A DNA stretch of 64,000 bases from Antedon mediterranea. Its lineage: Eukaryota; Animalia; Echinodermata. Every line of letters starts with the position of its first letter. The stretch's first letter is position 1. The notes under the pieces were generated by a model, which saw nothing but the letters and a program-made list of their open reading frames with translations, did not search any database and had not been told where the DNA came from. The position numbers and the translations under genes are program-made. The stretch is taken from NCBI RefSeq assembly GCF_964355755.1, contig NC_092680.1:16501045-16565044 (forward strand), written 5' to 3'. Positions 51,013 through 63,619 of the stretch are shown in pieces.

Positions 51013-54000
51013 ATGTCATGGAGAGGTTGGTTTATTACTTATATTATCATCACATTATTTTCACCATTGTCTCTTGCGGAACAGACGTGTTGCAGTGAAG
51101 AACTCCAAGGTAATCAGATTTAAACGTTTAAAACTTTATTTTATTTCTGTTACGACCAATGTTGGTCTAGGCCGAATAGGAGTACTTGAAATAAAGCTCT
51201 GTCTACACTATCAAACTAGTTTGACCAAAAGTGATGTGACCAAATATGGCAGTGATATTCTTCAATATGGCAGTGATATGACATCACAGTTTTTGTCACA
51301 TAAAGTTTGATAGTGTAGACAGAGCTTTGGACAAAGAGGTTTTTGGAACCGTAAACAAACATAATCAGGTTGACAAATATGGACTATATTTAACAATCTT
51401 CTTTATAATTCAATGCAAGCTTGACTCTATTATTTAGCAGTCGTTCTAATCAATCTCTGGTAGCCGAATATACACTGTACTGATTCCTCTTCATAGACCT
51501 ATAGCCTATCTCTGATTTCAACACATAGTGTGTGCGCAGAAAAGCTTTCAAATACCGCGCATAACAATGCTGAATTTTTATTCGTCCACTTGAGGGCGAT
51601 TGATTTGCATGACATCTGCACAAAAAAAAACCACTTTGCTTTTGTATTATTGTCTGTGGATGGTTATACACGTGAGAGTCGCTTTTTGACGACAAAACCT
51701 CAAGCTCTCACGGCGTAAATCTAAATTGTGTCTATCATAGCGTTGATCCTAGGCCACAGCAAGCAAAAACCGTAAAAACAACTTAGCAATGAATCGCCCT
51801 GAGAAGACATTTCGACCCGGTAGGCCGGAAAGTTGCAGCCAACTTGTTCAGGTGTTGAGGTTTATGAGACATGCTACTAATATGTAATTGATCATTATCA
51901 TTTGGAAGTATGTTGATGTATCTTAATAGATGATGAACTTGTTGCTGGATTTAACCTACAGACAGAGTTTTCAACTATACAACTATCGGAAGTTGACAAC
52001 TTAACTCAATGGGAATTGCAGGTCAACATATCTTGGTCAAGGGTGGAAGGTTAGTGTTAATTAGCATAAAATCCTTCAAAATTATTGCATTTTTTTTTAA
52101 TATTGCGAATACTTTATTGTAATTAATCCCTATTCAATTGCTTCTTTTTTTACATTGTATACATAATGTTTCAGCCTTTGGTGGCTGCCTTCTGTTTGTG
52201 AAGTTTTATATAAATGAATAACTATAAACCTGAAATATAAATATAATGGAATAAAAAAAATATCCTGTATACAAAATGGCGGTCGTATTATATTGGTCTA
52301 CTAGTGGTAAATTGTTATTAAAAAGTACTATTTATTTCGTGCCATTTTAGGTTACGATAGGTACATTGTTGAAATTGAGGCAGTTAACAACTCCGTGGAT
52401 GACGGATTATGTAATTTCTTTCTGACATGTCCATTTGATGGTCTGTGGGTGAGTGGCATTTTTCATATAACTAGTATTTCAGCGACACTTTATGTACAAT
52501 TTAGGAAAACGTTCGATACAAAAAACTAGTAAATAAATGATTTTACATTTAACAGGTAATATGTAGACCATTTTTGGAAAAATAATTATCTTAAAGACGC
52601 TGGGCCGGTAAAAACTTGTTTATGTTGCAAGTATTATAGACACGCCTGAAAGTGTTCTAAAACGTGTTGATAACATAATTTTTGACTTTTTGTGGGATGG
52701 AAAAAGAGAAAAGGTTAAAAGAGTAGTTCTTATAAACGAATATGAAAGTGGTGGTGTTAAAGCGCCTGATTTCAGGTCACAGGTTAAATCTTTAAAAATA
52801 TCTTGGCTTAAAAGATTGTATAACAATGAGGATTCAAAGTGGAAATGTCTGCCAAACACATATTTTAATAGAATAGGCCCAAAAGACATTATTGATAACA
52901 TATCATATATTGATAAGAAAAATGCTATTTTTAAAGCCATACCCGATTTCTATAAATCTATACTATGTATTTTAGTCAAACTTAATAGTGGTATGACTAA
53001 ACGTCAATTATGTTATGATGATATATTGCATCAACAACTCTGGTATAACAAAATGATTTTATACAATGACATGTCAATATTTTTTAGAAACTGGATAAGG
53101 TCAGGTGTGCGAAATATTAAGGATATTGTAATTGAGAATAGGTTCATTAACGCAAATGAATTACTTGATATGCTTAGGTATAAATCAAACTGGATTGCTG
53201 AATGGCAAATTGTATTAAACGCAATTCCAAAAGAATGGAAAGAGAAAATCTTTTTAAGGGATAAAAACCAAAAGCACTCAAAAACAACACACGTTCGATG
53301 TTTGAATATGAGTAGCAAACAAATATGTTCTTTCTTTATTAAGGAAAAATGTCTAGAACCATCCAAAAGTAAAACAAAATGGGAAACATATTTTAACATG
53401 GAGAACGATTGGTCTGTAACATGGAAAAGAAAAATTAAAGATATTAAAGATAATAAACTTAAACAGTTGAACATCAAACTATTGCATTGTATAACACCTA
53501 CCAAAAGAAGGCTGTTAAAATGGAAAATAAGCAACACAGATACTTGCCTACAATGCAACGTAGTAGAGGATGATGCCCATTTCTTTTATGAATGCACTGA
53601 AGTAAAACCCTTATGGGAATATATTAACGTTTACACCATGCACAAATTTGGGATTGAGGCAAATTATCGAAACATTGTACTAGGTACAGGAAACAAATAT
53701 GTAGACCACATGTTCTCTATTGGATGCTTCAGCGTTTACAAGGCACATACTTTGAAAAATGTAAACAAATGGACCGGATCATTGTCTCGTCTTTTTATGG
53801 CGGAAAAAAACAAAAGATCTTACCTTAACCACCTATTATAATTTATATTGATGTGAATCTGATTATTTAAAATATATTACATAATAATGTTGTATAATAC
53901 ACATAGGCAGTTTCATTTTATCTTATATGAAATATAAATAAAAAAAAAAAAAAAATTGTATAAATTAATATTGAAAACAAAAAAGAAACGTAACGCAACA

Positions 54001-54359
54001 TAAGTAACGCACGAGAAGATAAGCAAACAAATATAACCATGAGACATAAAACTAGACACAGGAGTAAGAAAAGCATTTTTAATATTTTTGTTTTTGTTTT
54101 TTTTATTCGTATTTTAAAATAATGTATATAATCTGTATATAGGGTATAAATGAATTGTATGTCAAAAATACTACCGAAAATAACTATACAACATTAGTAA
54201 ATGTATCTCCTACAGTACATTTATTAGTTAAGTGTTCACAATGTTAGATGTTGAGAATTATAGAACAAAAAAAATACTAGAAAATTATGAAAAAAGGTGG
54301 ATAACAGAAAAGAAATAATGCTCTGATTCCAAGAACAGTAACGTTGATAAAATAAAAAA

Positions 54360-54393
<34 letters not shown>

Positions 54394-57300
54394 TAAATAC
54401 ACCAAACCAAACAAAAGTAAGAATAACAATGAATAGTTATTATTATTATTAGAAATAATTGTATTAATCTGTTGATGAAATGAAATGAATAAATAGTGGT
54501 TAACGCCACAAAAGAGAAAAAAACAAAAAAAAAGGTAATATGTAGATAACGTTGTATTTCTTTGCTTCAACTCCATGACAATTTAATAAATAAAAACTGA
54601 AACAAACGTCTATAGAATATAGATAGATAGAACATTTAATATTCCAATAATTTTAACAATAAAGATGTGTATAATATTTTAATATTGTAACATTAGTAAA
54701 TCATTTTTATAGGAAAATAATTGGAGAATATTCAGCGGTATTCAGTTTGGATCTGTTCAAAGAGTGACGGTAAATAAAGGATCAATATAGTATGGTTCTT
54801 ATTATATTTTAAATAAGATACAGGCCTACCGTATATATGCTTTGTAAATTATAAACTTTAGCTGGCTAGTAAGTATTTCAAGAGTAAAACAACATTTAAA
54901 ACACATTTCTTTCTTCATAATGTTAGATATTGACATTGTATTTAATTTAATTTAATTGTCGTAATATATGCATCGTGACAAATTATACACTTTCTTTGCA
55001 ATTAAAATCTTGTAGTAAGAAGAATATGACAAAATAATCATATTCGGAAAATACTAAAGAAAGAAAAAATGTAGGCCGAATGAAAATGTTAATAGATTAG
55101 GCCTAAGGTTTGCGGAATAACGTCTTTCCCAAAAGTAAACAGAGTGAAGTAAAGTTGAGTTTTCTTGATGTAACTTTAGTTTACGCAAACCTTATTTTAC
55201 TACTGTTTATTCGACATGCAATATTTAAACAGTTTGTATTTTCTACTGTTTATAGATGTTTGTTACAGAAGTATTAGAAACAAAGAGAGGACCTTATATC
55301 AGAAATTATCCAGACTCTCCAGGTAATAACAAATTATAAAATTATCAAAACAAATAAAAGGTATTTATTATTATTATTTAACTTTATTGATATTTATTGA
55401 TATTAATATTGACGCTTTGGTTTTTTTTTTCAGATTGTTATGATGAAACAGGGAGTATTGACTTCTGTAAAACACAACGTAAGACGAGCATACTTTCATT
55501 TTAATATTTTACTAAATTGATTATTTAATACTATAATTAATAGATTTTAATCGAAACAAACTTTATAAAACATACCAGTTTGTTTTTATGACATTTGCTG
55601 CTTTGTCTAAGTTTTACTTCTGTAAAAAAAATGAATTTGAATATTGTTATTTTTAGCCGTACAATATGCAGGCAAACCAATTAAGGTTGAGGTAGCAAAT
55701 ATGACGATTAATGATGAAGACCGTGTGATAGTTACTATTGGCTGGCGACAACCAGTTCACATCAATGCAATTACACCTCTAAGCTATTACCAAATATTCT
55801 GGTTCGGTGAAGAGACGGCGACGAATAACATAAAACTTACGGTAAATATTGAAATGTCTCAATTAAAAGAAAATATCTTTAACAACTGATTTTCAATTAA
55901 TATAATAAGTAATTTAATATGGAAATGTTAAGATGTTAAGATGTGAGGCAATAAACACTAACGAATTAAAAAATAAGTAATATAATATATTGAGATCAAG
56001 TTTAAAATGAAGAATACGGGCTATAATCTCAGGTGCTTATAATGTTTTATCAGAACTGTAATCATCATCCGAGTCTGAAAATCTCCTCGCGATCAGTAAA
56101 AGTTTACGCTTGGTTTGTTAATGTTGCACGTTTGCTACTCTTTCTAAGTCCAAACTAATTCCCAGAAGAAAATCAAATATCTATAATTCTCAAACCCTAT
56201 TTTATTTGATTTGTAGGATGTTGAATTTAATCCTGGTGAATATGTTATAACGGTGTTTGAAGAACCTTTGTTTTTGAATACATCCTACACATTGCAGGTA
56301 AAAGTAACATTTCTAAATTATTTTCTCATTTTAAAGAAATAAATGAATTGTTTCAAATCATTTGTGTCGTATTAATATTGGTCCCCAAAACGAACATGCC
56401 TGTTCAAAGTATATTGTTCCTCCTCAGAATGTATTACTACTAAATAGACCTAGATACAGTACAGAAAGGAATGAATTAAGATAATTATATATTTAAGAGA
56501 AAGTAAAAAAAAATTGTTTTATGTTTATTAAATTTAGAAAGGCTGCCCTTATTTATTTAATAACTATTTATTCTTCAACGTTTAGGGACTGAAATTGATT
56601 ATTTATGAATATTTTGCCCATCCCTTGATATATAATGTTTTATTTATGTTTATAACTTATTTTTGTGTAAATAAAAGAATAATATTGTCTATCTGAATCA
56701 TTACATTTCTTAGGTTGGTGCAGTTGTTAATGAAAATGGATTGAACCAGCGAGGTTTATTTCGAGAATTCGTATTCATCACATTGCCACCAACAGGTAAC
56801 GAATGATTATGATATTAACAATTATAGCCGCATCATCATCACCAACACCATCATCATCACCAACACCATCATCATCACTAACACCATCATCATCGTCATA
56901 TTGAACGTGTACGTAAAATGTTGTGTTTTTACCGGAACATGGCTTTCAAAGTACGCATGAAATCAAATTTTATTTTATGGTTTACATTTAGTTATCACAT
57001 TACTGCCAGTGGTGAATGGATCAAACGCCCTGCTCATAGCTCTAGTCGTTTCTGGCAGCGTTGTTCTGATAGTTACTGTAATACTAATACTTCTCAGGAA
57101 GTCGTTTTCTGAACGGTTTGATCGTCTTCGGAAAGAGGACGAAGATGATATCTTAGATTTGGGTAAGTATATCTGAAGAAACATTATTATACAGACGATT
57201 CTCATATGCAGGTGGTGACATAACACTTTAAAATAGGCAATGTTTGAGGAGAACGATTGCCACTTATCAGCAAAATAATATTATAGGCCGCGTATTATTT

Positions 57301-60300
57301 GCTTAATATGGTACAGTATAATTATTATATTATAATTATAAGAATGTAATGCATTTGGCCTAAAATGTACCATATGACTATTTAAACTGAAGATAATAAT
57401 CATTATCATCATCATCGCTCTGCAGTAGTTCTGTGGCTGTCATTATTTCAAACTGTTCTACTAATACGTATAAAGTTTAAATGATGCTTCATGTATACCT
57501 TGGGTTTTATTACCTGGTATATACTTTACAACTGGGCTAATTTGATAATTTAAGAATCGGTGCTCGTTTGTAATAATACCCATACACATAACTGTTGAAT
57601 TTATTGTCTGTGATATTTATAACACAACGTAACAAAATTCACAATTTTGAATTTTCAGATGTAATTATTCCGAAACACAGTAAGCGTAGACCGACTCTGA
57701 TCGCCTATCCGGCTTACGAATTAGCCCGAAGTGACATATTCTGGATGGAAAGAAAGGAGCTGGGACGTGGTTATTACGGCGAGGTTTACAAATGTAGTGC
57801 TACAATTGATGGGATGCCAACAGAAGCAGCGGTAAAAGTACCAAAACGTAATGTATAGAATGCCATTATTAGAATGCAATATAAATAGTGATTAGGCTAT
57901 CGAAACTATTGTCAAACGGTTTTGACAATCATAATGCATTTCTATCACCAAACGGTACCGTGAACAATGCTATATTTCGAGTCGTGAGAAAGTCTCATTT
58001 TACCAATGTCAATGAGATTCATCAACCCTTTCCTTTAATCACCTTATACTGTTATAAAAATAGTGCCTTGAACAGGCCATGTATGTTAAAAAAGAAAAAA
58101 CGCTTTCACTAAAATATTGTCTAACCAATTTAACGTTGATTTAATCAACAGAATTTGCTACGTCCACGGAAATTGAGGACTTTGTTCACGAGATCAGCTT
58201 AGTAATAAAGTTGGGAAACCATCCAAATTTGGTCAAATTTCTTGGATGTTGTACAACCAGCGATCCACTCATGATGGTCAATGAATTTGTTCGATACGGG
58301 GATCTCTTTTCGTTTATGCAAAAGATAAAAAATAAGGTAGCCAATCTTTCAGTTTGATATATGTAATCAACGAAACCTGGTACGAGTATTGCCAACAACA
58401 AGAAACACTAGTTCAACTTGAACTTAGCAGAGTAGTATTCCAAATTAACTTCACATCATTTAAATTTTAGAAAGCACCGAAAGAGAAAATATACGATATT
58501 CAACCACTAGACCAGCTGAACATGGCAAGGCAGATTGCACGAGGAATGGTAAGGAGGTATCTAAAATTACCGTATAAACAAAATACAATACCTAATAATA
58601 ATCCTAATAGTTTGTACCTGTGATATTCTACTGTAGGCCTATTTTCCAGAGATCCAACTCCGCTTCAATATACCTTTATAGAGTATACCATACAGGCTTA
58701 ATAGATTAATCATTCATAACCTTACAATTATTTTTGGCAATTGGCAATGTAAACGCTCATCTTTCAGGAGTACATTGCGTCACAGAGATGTGTTCACGGC
58801 GATCTTGCGGCTCGAAATATACTAGTTGACGAAGATTTAGTTGTGAAAATAACCGACTTTGGGCTGTCACGTGATGTGTATGCGAGCAACTACGTCAGAT
58901 TAACTAAAGAAGCTAAGTTGCCATGGAAATGGTATAGTATAGAGGCTATGACAGGAGAACGAAAACTGACCACAAAGGGTGATGTGTACGTTAAATAATT
59001 ACATAAGTTTTTAAAACCTTTACTAGAAACAACCTATAGTACGGTATACTACAGACCACCTGTTTCAAACAACAAAAAACTATACTACGCCGTGCATAAG
59101 GATTATTCGATAGTAATTTACATAAAGGTGTTCAGAAAATACACACTGTATAAAAAAACTCCAGCAGTGAGAGTTGACAATTAAAAAGTGTGTTTTTTTT
59201 TATTCCACAGATGGTCGTATGGTATAGTTTTGTTTGAATTATTTACATTTTGTGATCCACCATACCCTTTGATTCCATCGTTGTCAGCTCTGGTTGAGTT
59301 CCTGGAATCAGGACGACGAATGAAGCAACCAGTAGGATGTCCAGACTCGGTGTAAGTAGCAATAAGTTTTAGCTGTTGGGTGCTTCACACTCTGATACGT
59401 TGTTATTTGATTTTTGTATGAGACCAACAAAGGCAGAACTAAGTTTATCGATTGTTCTAAATTCTACAATCAATACAGCCTAAAAGGAAATTCTTAAACT
59501 AATATGATTTCCATTATTTTCTTCGACAGTTATTCAATTATGATGAAGTGTTGGAATACAAATCCAAATAAAAGACCAACATTCACACAACTTGTCGCTG
59601 AGTTCGAGAAGCTCATTGGTGCTGAGAGTGTATCTGATTATCTCCCGATATTTGAGGTGTTCTCTCCGTTCAATTTACCTAATATTTTTTAATCGAAACC
59701 AACAGAGATACTTACCGCCACTAACAGGTTTGATACAAAAAAAGCCAGGACTGTTTAAGGTACCTTGATTGGTCCAAACATCTCTAGATTCAGGGGCTGC
59801 CATAAGAGTTAGCAATGAACGGGACCCCAGCTCCATAACAGCACCCGATATTCTCAGATGGTCTGCCATCAAAGCTCTAACCAACGTTGTTTAACTTCGG
59901 TGATCTGACGAGAACCGGTGTTTCAACGTGGTAAAGCCGTTTATTATATAAAAATCTATGTTAAAACTACATTACTTTAATATCTATCATTTACTAAATT
60001 AGTCATGCGGAGTTTGTTATAATCAAAAATCAATCAATTGTAGAATCAGAGAAACATCTAAGTTTGATTCGCACGTAACATCGACGCGCAAGTAATATGG
60101 CCAGTCGTGGCAGATGGCAGATCAGATGATTTGCCAATTGTGATTGGTCGAACTACCTGGACTCTTTGTCTTGTGTCCTAGTGGGAACCAGCTTTTTTAA
60201 CTACAGTATGATCTTTGTGTAATATTTGTTATTTAATTATCAAAGTCAGGTAATGTGACGTTGACCAACCCTAAAATGGAACAGTTATCAAGAAGTAATA

Positions 60301-63300
60301 TATCATTGGTTGACAAATCACTTGCGTCAGAAACTTCTTCGATCAGCACACAGGTATGTATTGTTGAAACAGTCAATCGTTATTGCGGTAAACAAATGGT
60401 CACATGGGTCCAATTTGTATCTGTAACAATCAATCAATATTTATTTCCATCATAATCATAAAAAAAAAAAATTAAAATGGAGGACGTAAAACAAGGGCAA
60501 TCCCTGAAAAAACGTTGTACAACTTTACAAAGAAAAAAGCAACGAACAAAAAAGATACTGTTTGGGCTCCAATACAAGCATTTCATTCTCGGTACCGTAA
60601 ATCTACTATATACATAAAGGAGAGATAGAAAAAAACAAACAAAGAAAGCGAATATCATCTATACGTCGTCAAATTAATGTGTTGCGAGACCCTTCATATG
60701 TATACATGCCGACTACAGTAGTTTAGAAAAAACATTAAAACAATTAAATATTATTTACGTAATTTTTAGAATGAGAATCATACTTTAGATGCTAGAAGTG
60801 ATATGTCACAAGAAGATGCAGGATATGAGAACATATTAATATCACAGTCAGCCACATACACTACAGATATTAATGGTGATATTGTACTGAACGACGGTGT
60901 TTGGGTGCAACCAGAAGAGGGATATATAGAACCAATGAAGAATGATGAAAAGGAGGTATTTTGAAAAGAATTATGAACTTGTAATTAATAAGTTATATCT
61001 ATAGAAATAAGAGAATTTCGAAAATAATATTATAGTAACATTTTAATTAATTAAACCACCCGATTCGTGTATATGATGCCATATGCCCTTTTTTCAAAAG
61101 CGTTATGTCAAAAATGTTTTCACAAGCAATAGACAAAGTTCCACGATTCTGCTTAACTATTGTTAAGACGGAGTGCATTGCATCTTGCAATAATACTATC
61201 AACTGAATGTTTTGTGTGACTGGCTTTAATCTAAGCTAATATTACATAGTTCGTCCTAATTTTGTTTTATTTATCATTTATTATAGGACGATAAGTATAA
61301 AGCAAGAAAGATTAATTCATTAAAAGATACAAAATATGACGTTTTACCGCCACTACAGTCTAAGGGAGACACTCCATATATGAGAGAAGATAGTAATGGG
61401 TATATGGCACCAACTGATGTAGAAACAGCCAAGGTAACGTATCAATTTCCTTCTCTGTTTGCTTTTTCTTTCTACCCAAATTAGTAGAACCTGTCAAACA
61501 TATCACCGCACAAAACAACCAAACAGTTTTTGTTGAAGTTCTGGAAGCCACCGTGCTCACATTGTATAGCCTATTCTAAATTCTGAATTGTGACGTTAAG
61601 TTTCAGTGACCTTAAGTTTGGTTTGTTATCATGTTATTTATATTGAGCAATCTAAAGAGCGCCATGTTTTTAGAAAATAAACATATGACGCCATTATTAT
61701 GTGGAATTGTATGCAATGTAATTTTCACAAACCTGAATAATATTCGTAAAATTCGTATTATTTAAAGATCTCTATTTCTATCAATATTGTTGTTTGTGTA
61801 ACTAATAACAATCGCATATTGTGAAATATGACCTTATCATTAGAAATCGTATTATTTTCAACAGATGGATTTAAAAAACGATAAAAATAATGAACATGAT
61901 AAAAAATACGATGTTTTTATCAAGAATAATGATGATATCCAGTTTGAAAATGAACTTATTCAGCAAGATAATGAGGGATATACAGAAATAGACGAAGATG
62001 AGAATAAAGGTGACGTATTGTTTGAAAACCAACCATCGACAACAGACAATGATGGATACACTGAAATAGATGAAGCAGAAGATGGCGCTCTAAAAAATAA
62101 TCGTTCACCAAATTATGGGGATATAATATTTGAAAATGAAATGAATCTGGACAAAGATGGTTATACGGAAATAGATGATGATAATGAAGATAATAAAGTT
62201 CACACTAAAGAAAGACCGGTAAGAATTTTTGGAATGAAAAATTGTCTTTGATAGTAAAATCGTAAACCATATAATAAAAATTATATTCAAAAACATTGCT
62301 TGGATAATTAAATATCTACTGATATTTCTTATAGATGATTCTATAGAGTTTAAAAAGGTAATATACAATGTCGAATATCGAATAAAAATAATAATCTTTC
62401 TAAATAAACAGATTGTTGCGTTATAGATTGTCAAATCAGTGTTAGATACTCTTCCCTGGTTAGATTGTATTTAGTTGAAATGACCACTTATGTTAACATA
62501 GTTTTAATACATAAGATGAGTGATATCACTAAATGTGCATATCTATCTACAACTTTCAGAACTATGCTTGTATGTCCCTCATGATCATTCTTGAGAACTC
62601 TTCATGTGTATAAGGGCGAAATTTCAAATGGTTATCGGACCAGTTTTTTTGTAACCTAGATTTAAATCTATTTATGAAAAAACGCAAACAACATCTTGTG
62701 GAAAGGTTTTCCAATCCTCAACTGCTCTTGATTTAAAAAAAAGTCTCCTTATTTCCAGTCTTTTTGAGCATTGACAACTTTAAAAAATGACCTCGTGTTC
62801 TTGTAAAAAAATTCCGAAATAGACTATCGCTTTTAATAAAAATATATGTTGTTTATTATATTGTATATTTTAATAATATCTGCCCTTTTTCTTCTGTATG
62901 CCAACGTTAGTAGTTTCAGAATGTTGAGCCTATCAACATCTCCAGTGCCTTTTAAATCAGATACTAATCAAGTGGTTCGCTGCTGCACACGTTCATGCAA
63001 ATTTAAAAATCTTGTGGAACCTTGGAATCCAAGCACTTCCACCATATTCCATAATATTCCTAATCATAGATTGATAGAGATCTTGAACATTTGATCTAAT
63101 TCACAGAGTAAGTTTTCTAAAATTGGGAACGACATTCAAGGATATTGGAGCACAGTATCTCAGAATGAGACCAATGAAAAACAAAAGCCTAAGCAAGTGG
63201 ATCGAGATGACATCTATTTCGGAAAAGAAACAAAAGAAAAGAAGCGATCAATAAAAAACATTGACAACAAATATTCTAGTGTATTTGTCAAAAATAATCA

Positions 63301-63619
63301 AAGAGAAGTTGATGAAAAACAACATGTAATGTCTTCAAATGGTAATGACAAGAATGTGCTTGGCGATCCCGAAGACATATACTTTGGAAAAGAAGCGGTT
63401 TACAGACAGGACAGTAAAGGTTATGCACTTCCAGATGACGTCGAAGACCAGGATGGAAAACAGGTTTATTCTGATGACACTCGGAATGTACGTATTCCTA
63501 ATCTTCAAGCTGAGGATCTCAATGATATATACTTCGGAAAAGAAGACATTTACCGACAAGATAGCAAAGGATACACACTTCCAGACGATGAAGATGGTGA
63601 AAAACTTGTGAGTTACTAG
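51013..63619 (+). CDS. Receptor tyrosine kinase (~1,080 aa): signal peptide, two FN3-like modules, TM, FGFR/Ret/Torso-group-like kinase, long Tyr-rich acidic tail
   Basis: Exons 51013-51109, 51930-52049, 52351-52448, 54713-54769, 55256-55322, 55434-55478, 55657-55841, 56217-56297, 56714-56795, 56992-57162 (TM), 57659-57847 ([14 protein letters not shown]), 58152-58336 ([16 protein letters not shown]), 58471-58548, 58768-58985 ([23 protein letters not shown]), 59211-59351 ([12 protein letters not shown]), 59530-59656 (CW...RPTF), 60246-60353, 60770-60955, 61287-61433, 61865-62218, 63107-63619; all in one frame. Confidence 0.92.
51194..51326. mobile_element. Harbinger-type MITE (AGCTCTGTCTACACTATCAAACT TIR family)
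   Basis: AGCTCTGTCTACACTATCAAACT ... AGTTTGATAGTGTAGACAGAGCT; partial copies at ~6135-6200, ~15250-15350 and ~48128-48275. Confidence 0.85.
52610..53955 (+). mobile_element. 5'-truncated L1/Tx1-clade non-LTR retrotransposon (ORF2 C-terminal half, 3'UTR, poly-A) in RTK intron 3
   Basis: Open frame from ~52612 to 53841: KLVYVASII...[15 protein letters not shown]...GGVKAPDF (post-RT region), QQLWYNKMI, and zf-[24 protein letters not shown]; AATAAA plus poly-A at ~53935-53955. No endonuclease or RT core present; no clear TSD. Confidence 0.9.
56831..56897. repeat. 18-bp compound microsatellite (CATCATCATCACCAACAC)x~3.5
   Basis: Direct reading, intron preceding the RTK TM exon. Confidence 0.85.
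59683..59940 (-). mobile_element. 5S rRNA-derived SINE (SINE3-type) in an RTK intron
   Basis: Minus strand ACGGCTTTACCACGTTGAAACACCGGTTCTCGTCAGATCACCGAAGTTAAACAACGTTGGTTAGAGCTTTGATGGCAGACCATCTGAGAATATCGGGTGCTGT is a degenerate metazoan 5S rRNA; it continues into a ~150-bp non-5S body whose tail recurs at 18654-18752. Confidence 0.82.

Noticed and set aside
53031-53558. 175-aa minus-strand ORF (also 52620-52940)
   Set aside because: Antisense shadow of the LINE ORF2.
54277-54576. Hydrophobic minus-strand ORFs
   Set aside because: Translation of poly-A/AT low-complexity intron sequence.
59836-59940. Functional 5S rRNA gene
   Set aside because: Deletions and substitutions in the internal control region, no oligo-T terminator after the 5S part, fused to a repeat body.
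62335-62357. Candidate RTK micro-exon (TAG|ATG...AAG|GTAATA)
   Set aside because: 23 nt; would shift the frame between two phase-0 exons.
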